Positions 33,765 to 45,818 of a DNA stretch of 64,000 nt are shown here, in pieces. Source of the stretch: Cyanidioschyzon merolae (taxonomy: Eukaryota); assembly GCA_000091205.1 (NCBI GenBank), contig AP006498.2; one strand, written 5' to 3'. The notes below the pieces were generated by a model. That model worked only from the letters and a program-made list of their open reading frames with translations. It ran no database searches and was not told where the DNA came from. The number at the start of each line of letters is the position of its first letter. The stretch's first letter is position 1. The position numbers and the translations under genes are program-made.

Positions 33765-35981
33765 ATGCGTCGTGGACGGCGACGTCGGCGGTGCACATCG
33801 AGAAGCTGGGCACCTGCTTCGAGCATGCGCCCCAGACGCATGGTAAGGCAGCAGGCTTTATGGCGATTTTGGCCTCCACAGCCAGTCTCTTGCGGAAATG
33901 CGTTGCGGTTCACATCCATGTTGTATTGGATAGTTGTTGCCACACTGGCTATCGTGAATGGTTGCTTCGCTTGGTACTGGACCCGAGCTGCAGATGGGTA
34001 CACGAAATCATCGACACTGCAGACACCGTCGACGCTGCGCCTTGTTCGCCAGCACTGGCGGAGCCAGCCAGCGCCATCGAACGCCTTGAGTTCTTTATGG
34101 CATGAGTATGGTGCCCTGCTCTCCGCCAGGTGTTGCTGTGCTTTCTGGACGTATATTCCGGACGCCGAGACGTATCTTCGTGCTGCACTCGGTCTGCTGG
34201 GATCGTTGCTGCGCCATCGACAAGGCGTACCTGTTGTGGTACTCGTGGGCTTTAATCGCTCAGATCAGGCGTTCACGCGAATCGCATGGGACTGGAACCC
34301 TGACCACCACACGCCCGAACGTGGCGTTTATTTGAAGCTGATTTCACGTGCTGCAGCGCCAGCGGAACAGGAGCTTGTGGTGCGCAAGCTTTTGCACACC
34401 CCGAAATGTGCAGGTATACCACGGCGTCTGCTGCGGCTCGATGCACGCGCAATGCTGCTCGAGCCGATAACGGAGGTCTTTCTGCGTCCAGACTGGTTGC
34501 AGGTTCTCTCCTGGGAGCAGCGCTTAAACTGTACACACCAGAGCGTGCAAGCACCTTTGCGGTATCGGGTGCGGCTCGCTGAACAGCGGCTGGCCCGACG
34601 AGCCGCACTGGATCAGAGCCAACTTCTCAGCTGGTACCGAGCGGATTGGCGCATGGTCCACTTCGAACCCGGCCTGGAACCGGGAAACCTTTGGCGGGCA
34701 CTCTTGAACCCGCAGGTCGAAACCGGTACCGGTGTTCTCTATCCACCAGCCTCAGCGGATGTACAGCTGTTGGAGGACTTTGATCTCCCTCTGGTATATG
34801 ATTGGTTGCGAAACGCAGAACGATGGATGCGTCGGGTCCACAAGCGACCGCTCTGGTCTCCTTCACCAGAGATGCATTTTCGGAATCGCTTCTGTCACCA
34901 CGCTCTGGGTCATTATCGTCAACGGAACCGTGATGCGCGATCCAGAACGATTGAGACTTTTACCGTGCTGGTGAATGCATTCTCTCGACAACGAATCCAG
35001 GCTGGCCTCCTGGAAGCGATTCTCGAACGGTATTGCAGGATTTCCTCGGTGGCGAGCATCGTCGTCCTCGTGTACGAGCTGGATACCCTGCAAATCGCTG
35101 AGGATCTGGGCAAGCGCCTCGGCGGATGCGTACCCATTCGGGTGCTCCGGCTCGACGGCCCCGGAGCGGACTCGCTGAACCACCGTTTCTTACCGTTACC
35201 ATCCTGGATCGAAACTGCGGCTGTGCTGCACACCGATGATGACATGCTGCCGGTTCATGATGCGCTCATCGAGTTCGGTTTCCGACAGTGGCGAAAGCGA
35301 CACGCGCAGCAGCGCGGGCAACCTAACCTCGTCGGGTTCGTTCCGCGTTATGCTGATCCACAAGCTCACCTGTATGCGCTACGGAAGCCGCCCGTGTCGC
35401 GCTCGAAAGCGCAGCATATCTGGGATCGTCGCGATGCTGTGCAATCGTATAACATTGTTCTCACCAAGCTTGCTTTTGTTCCGCACATCTATCATTTCCT
35501 CTATACCTGCATTCTACCGTACATACCTTTAGTGGAGCCCGATGCCATGGACCTACTCAACATGGTCGATCGCGTGCGCAACTGCGAAGATATCGTGATG
35601 CAGGGTCTTGCAAGCGTGGTTGCTGGAAAGCAGTCGCCGCTGGTCGTTCGTGGACTGAGCTCCGCCGACCTCGCCGATTACGGAAGCACTGACGATCAAC
35701 ATGCTATCTCGATGGGTGAACATGCCTCCCTGTGGGTCACCTCGGCAGGCAATCCAATGACCATGACCCGGCTGAGCGGTTTCGATGCGCACCTCTGGCA
35801 ACGCGGTCAATGCGTTGTTGCGGTCCAGCAGACACTTGGTCGTGGAGAGTACGCATCATCGATTTTCTCGGAGCAGACATCTGTAGCTGCGCCTTTCGAA
35901 GCTGCACCAGTACCTGTTCAGCGGGATCGAATGCCGGTCTGCAGTGTGGTTAACACGATGAATGCCGTATGGGTAATTTGA
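33765..35981 (+). CDS. Exostosin-like glycosyltransferase with C-terminal GT64 domain (type II membrane protein; real start probably the Met before the TM helix near 33918)
   Basis: Signal-anchor MLYWIVVATLAIVNGCFAWYW. GT64 hallmarks FTVLVNAFSRQ...HRFLPLPSWIETAAVLHTDDDMLPVHD...VRNCEDIVMQGLASVV (compare EXT/EXTL2 DEDT...NCEDILMNFLVS). Confidence 0.78.
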   Translation: MRRGRRRRRCTSRSWAPASSMRPRRMVRQQALWRFWPPQPVSCGNALRFTSMLYWIVVATLAIVNGCFAWYWTRAADGYTKSSTLQTPSTLRLVRQHWRSQPAPSNALSSLWHEYGALLSARCCCAFWTYIPDAETYLRAALGLLGSLLRHRQGVPVVVLVGFNRSDQAFTRIAWDWNPDHHTPERGVYLKLISRAAAPAEQELVVRKLLHTPKCAGIPRRLLRLDARAMLLEPITEVFLRPDWLQVLSWEQRLNCTHQSVQAPLRYRVRLAEQRLARRAALDQSQLLSWYRADWRMVHFEPGLEPGNLWRALLNPQVETGTGVLYPPASADVQLLEDFDLPLVYDWLRNAERWMRRVHKRPLWSPSPEMHFRNRFCHHALGHYRQRNRDARSRTIETFTVLVNAFSRQRIQAGLLEAILERYCRISSVASIVVLVYELDTLQIAEDLGKRLGGCVPIRVLRLDGPGADSLNHRFLPLPSWIETAAVLHTDDDMLPVHDALIEFGFRQWRKRHAQQRGQPNLVGFVPRYADPQAHLYALRKPPVSRSKAQHIWDRRDAVQSYNIVLTKLAFVPHIYHFLYTCILPYIPLVEPDAMDLLNMVDRVRNCEDIVMQGLASVVAGKQSPLVVRGLSSADLADYGSTDDQHAISMGEHASLWVTSAGNPMTMTRLSGFDAHLWQRGQCVVAVQQTLGRGEYASSIFSEQTSVAAPFEAAPVPVQRDRMPVCSVVNTMNAVWVI

Positions 35982-37118
35982 ATTGGTGGACATCGGCGCA
36001 TCCCTGCTGCTTTCCGGTGTCATGATGATGAGGTCGCTCGGGCGAATCACCATAGACCGTCGTGAAAATGGAGCACGTGCTGTGCTTTGCTCCACCGACG
36101 CCGTTTCAGCTTGAGGGAAGCGCTGAATGATGGTGCACAGGCCTCGTTTCCCTGTGGTGTGATGGGGCTTCGTTTCGTACCTGCCGGTTTACGAACAGAA
36201 TGCGCTGCATCGCTCGTGACTTGTGATCTTGCCGAAGCGCTGGGCTCCTCGATGGTAACCGGACACACATGGGCTGCAGCAGCAAGGTCCGAACCGACCC
36301 CAATGCGTAAATCCATGCTCGAAAGCGTACATTCATATCTGGGTACATAAGTATGCGCCAGCGTCGATGCTTGTGCGTCCATGCGAACGATCCATTCATG
36401 TAGAGACGAACACACTCGTATATGCAGGCCCGCTTTCAGATCCTACATCGACTTGAAATGGGAACATTTTGCAGCGCTACGCCTGGAGCATTGAATGACG
36501 CCCATCATTGCAGGCGGTATCGCTAGCTGGCGAACAGGTAACGCCGCTCGAGCGAGTCTTCGGATACACTGACAATGGGATGCGTTGATCTAGAGCACTG
36601 GCTGACGTTTGAAAAGTCGCTGGCCATCCTGATACTCCCTGGTGAGACGACACGCGTTTGGTCTTGCACGTTACCTATTCAATGGCAGTGGAGGCGCGAC
36701 GAAACCCGCCCTCAAACGTAACCTGAGACGTGAGTCAACGCGCGCCAGCTTCTGTTGAGCATCTCATGCATGTTCAGATAGCATGCTCCACAGATACCGT
36801 GTGAAGGTTCCTGAAAAATCGTCCATTTTCCAGGTCAGTTCGTTTTGTGCTTCACGAAACTGAGTGAAAATGACGTGCCGGCTGGTCGATGTTCAGCATC
36901 GGGAAGAGTTCTTTGCTGGGCGTCGACCTGTATTTAGTTAGTAGGCCAGGATGGATGCGTCGAACAAAATGCGGCAGCGGAGCGCAGTGCGCAAATTCGA
37001 CTTGAACGCTCACAGCGTCCTACACCTGCTTCAGATAGAAATTGAAAAGTACATTGAGCGCTGTGTTCCTGGCTTGATATTCTGTTACGAGCGTTTGTCG
37101 ATGATGAACAGTTTCGAC

Positions 37119-37780
37119 AATTTGTATGAAGCAATGAGTACGTTTCCAGTCGTACATCGATTTAGGATTGTGCATCGGTGTTGTGGAGTGCTTTTTTAGA
37201 ATATTTTGCGGGCGGCATTCGTTCGTCATGAGAATGAAGATGATTCGTGACGCCCACCGCCTACGATTCCTGGAGTAACCGATAGGGCCGTCCAACGCAC
37301 AGGTACAAGCCTCCACTCTTCTGCTTTCCCAAAGAGCAGTATACCCAGGTCACGCATGCTTCACGTTTTCGATACGTCTCTGTGGAGCGATACTTCATGG
37401 GTGAAGCAAGTTGCGCCGCTGCATGAGCAGCTCGAAGAAAGTCTTGTTCATCGTCATCCGTTGACGACTTGGTCACCCGCTCATGCCGAACGTTCACTGA
37501 ACATCGCACCTCAAGCAATCGACTCGGATCGAAACGCAAATCCTTTTCTCTTTGCGAGCATCGGTGAGCCTGCATGCCACTGCAGCATGATGCCAGCTCG
37601 AGTGCTATACTCGCAGCGGCTCCCGTGTATCGTGTTTGCGTGGAACATCGTTTTAGAGTTTATTCACCGCAGCGATCACTTGACATGGGGATTGCGTCAG
37701 CGCTCTATACGAAGCGAGCGTAGGCAGATTGAACGTTCTCGATTTCATCTGCAGCCTGGAATTTTCTTCCGATTCTTGCT
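37119..37780 (+). repeat. Dispersed repeat, copy B (about 99% identical to 26112-26778)
   Basis: Same as copy A; one single-base indel (ttttcag versus ttttttag). Confidence 0.9.
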
Positions 37781-38727
37781 TGACCACATAATACATCGCG
37801 TTCCGTAAATCCTCCATGGAATCGAACAGCATGCGCGCATGTATTCAGCGGACCGAGCTCTTGCCTCGGGGAATGCTCTGAAAAAGCCCGGGATAGCAAG
37901 GTAGTGCACCGGGCACGGAAAGGAAGCAAGGCATCCTGGTTAGCACTCTGTATCCGTCAAGCGCTTGTACAGAGCAATGACTCAATCAATGAAGCGCTAC
38001 AGGGCGACAATCGGGGGCGTATATGCGATCCACACAGGGGAAGCCTCGAACGCGGGCACGTTTCATCGTTGCGGAAGGTAAACCGAGGCTGTATACATAG
38101 CAGATGGGCCCGGCAAGCGAAGCGAATACCGCAAGGCCCATCTGTGCATGACATAAGTCGACAACAGCCGGAATCTACAAAATCGCAAGTCTAATCCTGT
38201 CATCAATATCCTTCGACTGTTGGTAACCGAGCTTGAGGGAAAGGAAATACCTGCGTTTTGAGAGCCTGAGACGAGATGGAAGAAAATGAAGCAGTCGCAG
38301 AAATTGCCCCCAACGCCTGGTGTTCATCACTGTGGAATGTCATGCAAACTTTGATCTGTACGTCGGTGATCGTGGATCCATTCCATTCTATGCAGGCGCG
38401 GTTATCAACAGACCCTGAGAGCAAGCTCAGGTGTTAGGATGACCTCCGCCTGACTCGTGTACCCCAAACGCACATGCACGCCTTCTGGGACGTTGCGTGC
38501 ACGCATGCCATGCAGGATCGATATATCTACTTATATTCATAAAAATGTAGATATATTTAGATAAGTTCAGATTGTCGAGTTAACCCCCCAATGGAGCACG
38601 CACCCGCGCAGGGGCAGAGGCCTTCGTCAGGCCTGTTGTTGTATGGTGCAACAGTACCTCAACGCTAACGCCATGCACTTGTAACAAACGTACTGCACTC
38701 GGATACCTCAGTATCACGTTATTCTTC

Positions 38728-39216
38728 ATGCGTCTTTATTGGAGCAAGCTCGTTCAGCACCTTAGATCGCCTGGGGAACTTTGCTCGTTTCTTTCTAAAA
38801 ACGGCGGTCTACCGGCGCTCGTTCGTGAACCACCGTCGCTTGCCGACTCCGAGCCGTGCACCTGGCGTGGTGCCAAGAAGAAAGCTGGTGGCAGTTCACG
38901 TAACGGGCGTGACTCCATAGCCAAACGTCTGGGTGTCAAGACAGGAGAAGGCGTTCATGTTCGCATCGGTCAGGTGCTGGTGCGCCAACGAGGTACCCGC
39001 TGGCTCCCCGGCGAGCGCGTCGGGGTTGGTCGTGACGACACCATCTACGCCCTAGCGACGGGTCAAGTGAGGTTCAGTCGTCGTAGCCGTGACGGCCGCA
39101 CAGTTGTGAATGTGGTACCTGTGGCCGATGAACGCGATCTGGCTGCTAATTCGCGGTTCGCTACGAGTCAAACAACTGTCCTGGGGAGTCCGTCGACAGG
39201 TACCGCAACACAGTGA
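38728..39216 (+). CDS. RPL27: Organellar (bacterial-type) ribosomal protein bL27 with N-terminal targeting extension
   Basis: [68 protein letters not shown] compares with bacterial bL27 [28 protein letters not shown]...[34 protein letters not shown]. Confidence 0.88.
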   Translation: MRLYWSKLVQHLRSPGELCSFLSKNGGLPALVREPPSLADSEPCTWRGAKKKAGGSSRNGRDSIAKRLGVKTGEGVHVRIGQVLVRQRGTRWLPGERVGVGRDDTIYALATGQVRFSRRSRDGRTVVNVVPVADERDLAANSRFATSQTTVLGSPSTGTATQ

Positions 39217-40761
39217 GGTCCGCCGACCTGAGCGCTCCCGCGCTACCGAGAATACTTGCCCCTCTCAGCGGGAACAGAGCACGGCCGGGAGTCCGGACGT
39301 TCTGTTTAAAGATAGGAAAGTAGGCATTGCGTGTTCTCAGGGGGCCTGCCTTGCAGTAATGGCTGAGGCCGTCGCGTTTCTCGCGTACCCCAGGCGGAAA
39401 CGCCTCGACAACGGCGCATCAGCCCATACATACGCATACGCCCCAGCTGAATGTAAATTTTAGCCCATGCGTAACCTGCTCCCGCGTAATGGAGTGTGCT
39501 TTACCGACCAAGAGGCGGGCTTTAGCGTTGCATGAGCTGAACGCGATTCCCCGCAAACAACGCCCACACCCTGAAACTGAAAAGTCGTGCCTCCGTTTTG
39601 CGGAGACTGGCGCGGATGGACAACAATAGCCGTGTGCTCATTCCAGCGACAACATGCACCACCGGATAGTCTAGAAAGTAGCGCTCGGGTGTGATCTGGA
39701 CGCAGTCGCGGTGCGCCTAGCATCCGAAGCTACGAATGGACGACCAGTGATCATTGTATCGGGTTCAGTCAAATCCGGCAGATGCCCGACCGACCACAGG
39801 ACCAAAACACACTCCGAATCCGTCAATACGAGTTGTCACACCGGTCAGCAAACGTGCGCGATAATGGCAAGTAGGTGAGACCTGTTCTCGATGCATGCAC
39901 AGTGCAGCCGTATGGAACTGGAAACCGACACCTTCATCTTCACACACCCATCGCTTTCCTCGACATCATCCTTGACCGCAAAAGTCCATCAAAGGAGGCT
40001 TGAAAGGTGCGACGTGACTTGGTACAGGCAAGTACGTAAAGAGCGATTCAGTGTCTTGAGGATACTCAGTCGTATCGAATCGTGGAACACCATGAATGTT
40101 CACCAATTGCTTGGGAAAGTCGCGTTCCCTCTGCTTGTGCTGGGCGCTGCAGCCTTTCTGGATTGCAGACCGCTGCCATACCAGTGTCGTGCTCAAGGTG
40201 CGAATCCAATCCAAACTCTCTCCTGGTCTCTGAGTTTTCTTGCATCGACATGCTGCAGCGTTTCAGTACAAGGCCCGTACTGTGCACTGAACGATGCCCT
40301 CGAACGCTCGCTCGACACAAAGCCGCTGCACGCTCCTGAAGAACAAGTCTCTCGCGCGTGTTGATCATGACGTTCTAGTTGCGATGCGTACAATGCATAT
40401 GCGCACTGTTACAGGTGGAGACACAATACCAGAGCAAGCTGCAGAGCTTGGATTGCCTCTCCATCCGAGGTTCAGTCAGCTTAGCGTGCACCGTCTGGTG
40501 CAGCGTTCTCCGTTCGACTGCCTTTTTCCCTATTTGTTTCGGAACGCATTCGTTCTCGTGATGTGTGGACGTCTGCCTGAGCGCACGGACGGCAAGCTTA
40601 CGGCATCGATTCATGTGCTCGGTGGACGCTCTCCTCGACAGGGCGGAAACGCAGGCTCTGCGCAGGATGGCACGTCGGATGCCACAGGCGACCTCCAAAG
40701 CGCACGACCTGACGGTCATTTCCATCGCAAATTATTCAAGAAAGTGACGAATATACGCTTC

Positions 40762-41397
40762 TTACCTCCGCACAATCGAGCCCGTTGTCGATCCGATCGC
40801 ACGCTCATAAAGTCCTGCCACGAGTCGTCCGCATGAGACATTCGAACGCTCATGCGCTCTCTCGACGAGCCATACAAAAGAGTTCCATCTGCTCGCTAGG
40901 GTGCAGAGAGCGTCGAGAAGAGCCCTGACGCGGTCATTCCTTTCGCTGGCATGCCTCGTTGCGCCCATGGTGTCCGACTCTGGATAGTACCGAGCTGCGG
41001 AAATTTTGAGCAGCTTCATCTGCGTTCCGCTAAGACCCGCATCTCCTTCCTCTTCATTTTGAGGTACCAATACAGCAGCGATCTTGCGCAACCCGGGATT
41101 CACGCTCACAAAAAAGTTTTTCTCTTCATCCACCCGAATGGATTGCACATGAACCATTTTACCCTGCTGGATCGTTTCCGGCACCGGCACTGCTCTTGTC
41201 CCGATCGCCAACGTTGCCACGCAGCAGCTCAAGGTATCCCGGGAAGCGGCTGAGCAAATCATCGATCCTGAGACTAGAACGTAACGCGTTGTGTGTCCCG
41301 AGCGTCCGACTCGTTGTCGCATGCAGATTTCGCTGAGAAAAAACTCTCGAGGAGCGTCGACAGCTGGCAGCTCTGCGTCCGAAACGCCCACGAACAC
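40762..41397 (-). CDS. Hypothetical protein, 211 aa (no recognisable domain)
   Basis: Single ORF in an otherwise ORF-poor stretch. The segment GTRAVPVPETIQQGKMVHVQSIRVDEEKNFFVSVNPGLRKIAAVLVP looks like a beta-rich, OB/KOW-like fold, but no family match could be made by eye. Confidence 0.3.
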   Translation of the reverse strand: MFVGVSDAELPAVDAPREFFLSEICMRQRVGRSGHTTRYVLVSGSMICSAASRDTLSCCVATLAIGTRAVPVPETIQQGKMVHVQSIRVDEEKNFFVSVNPGLRKIAAVLVPQNEEEGDAGLSGTQMKLLKISAARYYPESDTMGATRHASERNDRVRALLDALCTLASRWNSFVWLVERAHERSNVSCGRLVAGLYERAIGSTTGSIVRR

Positions 41398-42584
41398 CGG
41401 CTCGAGCGCAGGTGCCCATGCGAAACAAGTTAGGTGACTCTAGCTCATGTGAAAAGCCATGCAATCCTCAGTGGCTTCATATATCTTGTAGCGTCACGGA
41501 TGCGAGTGACTCGTCTATTTTTCCACGGGTATGCAAGTCGCGTTTGATACCAGACATGACGTCGTGGACTTTGTGAAACATGGTGCAATCGACCGATACG
41601 AAAAGCGAGGAAACGGCAATCCAGGCTGTGTTCTCCTCGACCGCGTATCATTCATGGACACCGACTCTGGTGAAGAGATGGACAGAGGAGTCGGGGAAGC
41701 AGCACCCTCCGCATGTTACAACAAAGGATTACATACTGAACGATGCCATTCCTTTTGGCGGTTTTTTTTCGGCGACGACCCGATTGCGTCGCAGCTAGTG
41801 CTGATGTTTCCGGAAAGCCAGTTTGCCTTTTCGTTACCAACGGCGATCTGCCGCTCTTGGCGTACCCATGTACAGGTCTGCGACAACTGCCGATTCAAGT
41901 CTCACTGAATGGAGTGAACACCTGTCCTTCCCAGTTTACACGTTCGATTTTCAGTGAGAAATGAATAGCGTAGCGTTTAACGCGCGACCAGTCCCCATGG
42001 AGCCACATGTTTCCTTTGTCCATCCGCGTTGCCTCATTAGAGCTGGTATTTCCAGAGCGGAACCTATATCCATCCTCCGGCTTTTTGATCGGATATCTTA
42101 GGAGAACCTATGGAATGGAACGGAATGGAATGACGATGAGACAATCGTGTAGGTAGCATATGGCGAGTCATGTTTTGAGTGCGCGATCCTCAAGATAAGG
42201 ACAACGCGAGGCATGGTTCAACCACCAGGCTACCGTAGAATAGTCGACCTGTACGAACGAGGTCGTTTCTCGCAACCTACCAGGAACAGTATCAAGTCTT
42301 CCCGCGACTTGCATCCACCCCAAAGAATATAATCTTTTCGTTGAATACGTGCGAGAACCCCAACCAAAATCAAAAAGACTACGATGATGCCGGTGTTCCA
42401 GATTGCACTCCCATACGTATCAAGGCACATGCAGGGCTCGTGTCGCGGTTTCCCGACGAACTACGTCCGCTGAGTGCCTCTCTTTCGCAGAGAGAGCCAC
42501 TGCCGTCAAGCCACATCTCTGGACTCGATTGCGACGTTCGATACGCACCCGTCAACGCGTACAACTCGCGCTCCATCGTTCCGT

Positions 42585-45500
42585 TCAAGAGTCGTTCGTA
42601 TCCCGAGGCTGCCCGCTGCATGGTGCTGATTTCTCAACGCAAACATCGGGAGAGTTTTTCTCGGGCATTGTCTCCGAGTCCAGACGATGCCGTAGATGCT
42701 GTAAAATTCGAAACTGGGGAATAAACGCGTTGTCCGAGCTTTGTTGCACTTGTTGTCCGTAGAGTCGAATACTCGGTTCGATACTCCCCCAAATCGTACG
42801 CTCGTCTGCGATGTGGCATTTCAGCCAGGTCCGGTACCTCTCCATGGACCACTGTAAGCGAATATGCGGTTGCAAGATCCGCTCGTCCGATCGAGAGATG
42901 GCAAATAGAGCAAGTACATGGACGGGGAGTCCGATTTGCATATCTGAAATGCCAGCGTCCGCTTCTTCACATTCGAGCTCGATCAAGTGCTCGAAACGAG
43001 TCAGCGTTTGCAATTGTTCGGGGCATGTCCGCTGTTGGTCGGGCAGCCCGCCCGACGCCAGTCCGAGGAGCGTCAAGCGCCACAGCGGAAGCAAGTTTCG
43101 TCGCAGTTCGTTCAAGTCCTTAACGGTATTGATAGGTCGCAGCACCACACAGTAGACGAGTGCCTCCTCAAGTGGCTCCAGGAGCGCCTCTCGTAGGCAG
43201 TCCATCCAGATTGAAGACGTCGGTAGGCAGCTGTGCAGCAGTACCCCAAATCGACGAAGCAGCATCGACGCTTCCGTGACTCCCGCCCAGAGCTGGGAGC
43301 CCGATTTCCTGACGTCCTCGGGCTGATGCTGCTTTCTAGCGAGCGCCAGATGGAGTTGAGCTTCCACCTGATTCGCGACGAGCTCGAGCAGGGTCCGAGT
43401 TGCATCCCGCCCACACTGGTCGATCTGGTCGCGATATCGCAACCAGGCGTGGACCGGCTCGTCAGCAGCGACATCAGCAGAGGTCTCGCTCTCCGAGGAC
43501 ACAAGGTCCAGGGCAAGATCGTATCCGTGGAGGTTTTCGCACACGCTCTCCCGCAACGACCACAAGCACACGAGTACGCTCAAGAGCATCGAGACAACTT
43601 CCAGTTTCTGGGTCTGCTTGTAATGATGAAGCCGCTCGCAGAGCAACTTGCTTCGTACCAGCAACGTCGATGCGACCCTGCGCATCAGACGCTCGAGCGC
43701 GGGCAGCGCATTCCGATAAGCCCAAGCGAGGCGCAGGCACTGCCGCAACTGCTTCGCCACCCCGTACTTTGTGTGGATGATTCCGAGTCGCACTGGAGAC
43801 GATTCTCGGGATTCATCTTCGATTCCTTGGAGGTTACTGACGCGTGCAAACCTGCGCGCCCATGCCTTCTCGACAAGATCACTGAACGCGTTCCCGAGAC
43901 GCTCTAGAAAATCGTCAAGCTGATGGAACGATTCATGAGCTGTGACCTCGCCCTCGACCACTGGAGTGTCCGGTGCATAGTGATTCTTCAAGAGACAATG
44001 CCGCGCGGCGGTGCGAAGCGCCTCACCGAGCAGCGGGTAGCAGATAGCGACGAGGGAGCGTGCGCTTGTCCCTGGGACGCGCTCATGCTGATCCTGTACG
44101 CAGTTCAGTCGCTCGTATAGCGTTACGAGTCTAGTGGTGAGGTCTCGGAAGAAGACCTCTCGCGGCATTGCTCGCCTTGTCGCTGGAACGCTCTGCTTTT
44201 CGAAACCGGACGCATTCGAGGCCTGCTGCACACAATCGAACCTAGTTGAGTGGGTGCTCGTGCTCAGGACCTCTTCCAGGAAACTGAGGCGATCCAGATA
44301 CTCGGTTAATTCTATGTAGAATGTTTTGGCGTTTTGTCGATACTGGTCGATTAGGTGCTCACCCACATGAGCTGTCATCGGGGTGACGGCGTCGGGCACA
44401 GCGGGGATATCATCGGCCGGTGCCGCCATCCACAGCATGTTCAAGAGTGCGGCGTTCTCCAGCAGCTCCTGATCCACCAGCAAGTTCGTTTCTCTCGAGT
44501 CGACCGCTTTTTGCATCGATTCCAAGCCGTGCGCTGCATCGGAATTCCGCGTGTTCCGCGATGCACCAGATGTCATTGCTAGTGCATGCCCTGGATCGAG
44601 AAGCGATACCAAGTCGGCGGCTCGCGTTTGTGCTTCCGCCTCCAGCGCATCGAGGAAGCTCACGAAACCCTCCGCTAGTGCTAGCGCTGATCCGAGCCGT
44701 TGGGCCGCAGCAAAGTCGCGCACTGAAGCAGCACGCTCGAGAAGCTCAAACCCGAGCATGTAAACGCGTCTGCTGTAGCTTTTGCCTCGCTCGATGACCG
44801 CAGACATCCATGGCACTGTTTCGAATAGCTCCGGCCGCATGAGCTCGAACAAATCACTGAGCAGCGCTGCCGCCTGGCTTAACGAAGCGGCATGATCTGC
44901 AAGTACAGGGTGCGAGGTACTCGCAGTCGCTGACTGCTGCGAGTCCGCGAGGCGGTCCAGCACTGCAAGGTACGTCTGCTCGAAATGTTCGAGTTTGCCC
45001 AGGATGAAAATCGTACACCTCAAGACTCGTTCCGCCTCAGTCAGATCCCTGATCTCTCCTTGAAGTGCCTCCAGCTGATGCCATTCGGCGGTTTCCTGCC
45101 GATACAAACAATCGGCCTCTGCAAAGTCATTGAGCAAGTCGTCAAGTCGTGCTTCGATCTCACCGATCTTTTGCTGCATGCCGGCCAGCGGTTTTAAAAG
45201 CTCTGGACGATGTTGGCAGAGTGTTCGATGAATGCATTCATCGATGGAAGCGAGCATTTCCTGAACATGTTGCCAGTCGATGAGGGTACTTCCTTCCCGC
45301 ATGGATCGAGCGACTGTGTCGGCTACGAGCGCTGTATTATCGATGGCTGAGCTCTGGTCCACTGCAAACCGAGTTACATGATCATCCGAGGTGGTTGTCA
45401 GTTCGCGTAGAAAAGGAAAGGAGGAAGCTTCACTGGCGATGTTTGCAAGCCGCTGCTTCAACTCTAGTACAGGACTATCGGAGTTGCCGGTGGATGCTTC

Positions 45501-45818
45501 AACAGCATCAGCTGTTCCGAACACGCTGATCATTTCTTTCAAGCTTCGTTCAAAAAGAGTTTCAGCGTCTCGCAACAGATCCGAACCCTCCAAGGTCGCA
45601 GGTGCGGGCGGTCTCGGTTCCGTAGTAGCTGCACGGGGTTGCGTGCCGAGCGCTCGCTGCACGGGTGCGGGCCTTACACCAGCCAGTTGCGAGGCCGTCG
45701 ACCCAGCCAGCGGTACGTTGTCGTCGGTATCCATCGTAGTAAACAAGAAGAGGGCGCTCGAGGCGCAAACCGCACAGGAACTTGTTGTCTGCCAGCTAGG
45801 ACAGTAACCGCTTGGCAC
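42585..45818 (-). CDS. Large conserved hypothetical protein (1077 aa; helical/coiled-coil-rich); start probably the internal Met at about 45734 (MDTDDNVPL)
   Basis: Uninterrupted 3.2 kb ORF. Composition and predicted helical periodicity are compatible with a large scaffold (GCP, tethering or nucleoporin-type), but no family signature was recognised. Confidence 0.6.
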   Translation of the reverse strand: MPSGYCPSWQTTSSCAVCASSALFLFTTMDTDDNVPLAGSTASQLAGVRPAPVQRALGTQPRAATTEPRPPAPATLEGSDLLRDAETLFERSLKEMISVFGTADAVEASTGNSDSPVLELKQRLANIASEASSFPFLRELTTTSDDHVTRFAVDQSSAIDNTALVADTVARSMREGSTLIDWQHVQEMLASIDECIHRTLCQHRPELLKPLAGMQQKIGEIEARLDDLLNDFAEADCLYRQETAEWHQLEALQGEIRDLTEAERVLRCTIFILGKLEHFEQTYLAVLDRLADSQQSATASTSHPVLADHAASLSQAAALLSDLFELMRPELFETVPWMSAVIERGKSYSRRVYMLGFELLERAASVRDFAAAQRLGSALALAEGFVSFLDALEAEAQTRAADLVSLLDPGHALAMTSGASRNTRNSDAAHGLESMQKAVDSRETNLLVDQELLENAALLNMLWMAAPADDIPAVPDAVTPMTAHVGEHLIDQYRQNAKTFYIELTEYLDRLSFLEEVLSTSTHSTRFDCVQQASNASGFEKQSVPATRRAMPREVFFRDLTTRLVTLYERLNCVQDQHERVPGTSARSLVAICYPLLGEALRTAARHCLLKNHYAPDTPVVEGEVTAHESFHQLDDFLERLGNAFSDLVEKAWARRFARVSNLQGIEDESRESSPVRLGIIHTKYGVAKQLRQCLRLAWAYRNALPALERLMRRVASTLLVRSKLLCERLHHYKQTQKLEVVSMLLSVLVCLWSLRESVCENLHGYDLALDLVSSESETSADVAADEPVHAWLRYRDQIDQCGRDATRTLLELVANQVEAQLHLALARKQHQPEDVRKSGSQLWAGVTEASMLLRRFGVLLHSCLPTSSIWMDCLREALLEPLEEALVYCVVLRPINTVKDLNELRRNLLPLWRLTLLGLASGGLPDQQRTCPEQLQTLTRFEHLIELECEEADAGISDMQIGLPVHVLALFAISRSDERILQPHIRLQWSMERYRTWLKCHIADERTIWGSIEPSIRLYGQQVQQSSDNAFIPQFRILQHLRHRLDSETMPEKNSPDVCVEKSAPCSGQPRDTNDS

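Noticed and set aside
26112-37780. The two 665-bp direct repeats as LTRs of a retrotransposon
   Set aside because: The intervening 10 kb contains eIF2-gamma and a GT64 glycosyltransferase, not gag/pol. The repeats lack TG..CA termini, PBS/PPT or target-site duplications.
41930-42130. ggaatggaacggaatggaatg pentameric motif resembling GGAAT satellite
   Set aside because: Only about three units. Too short to call a satellite.
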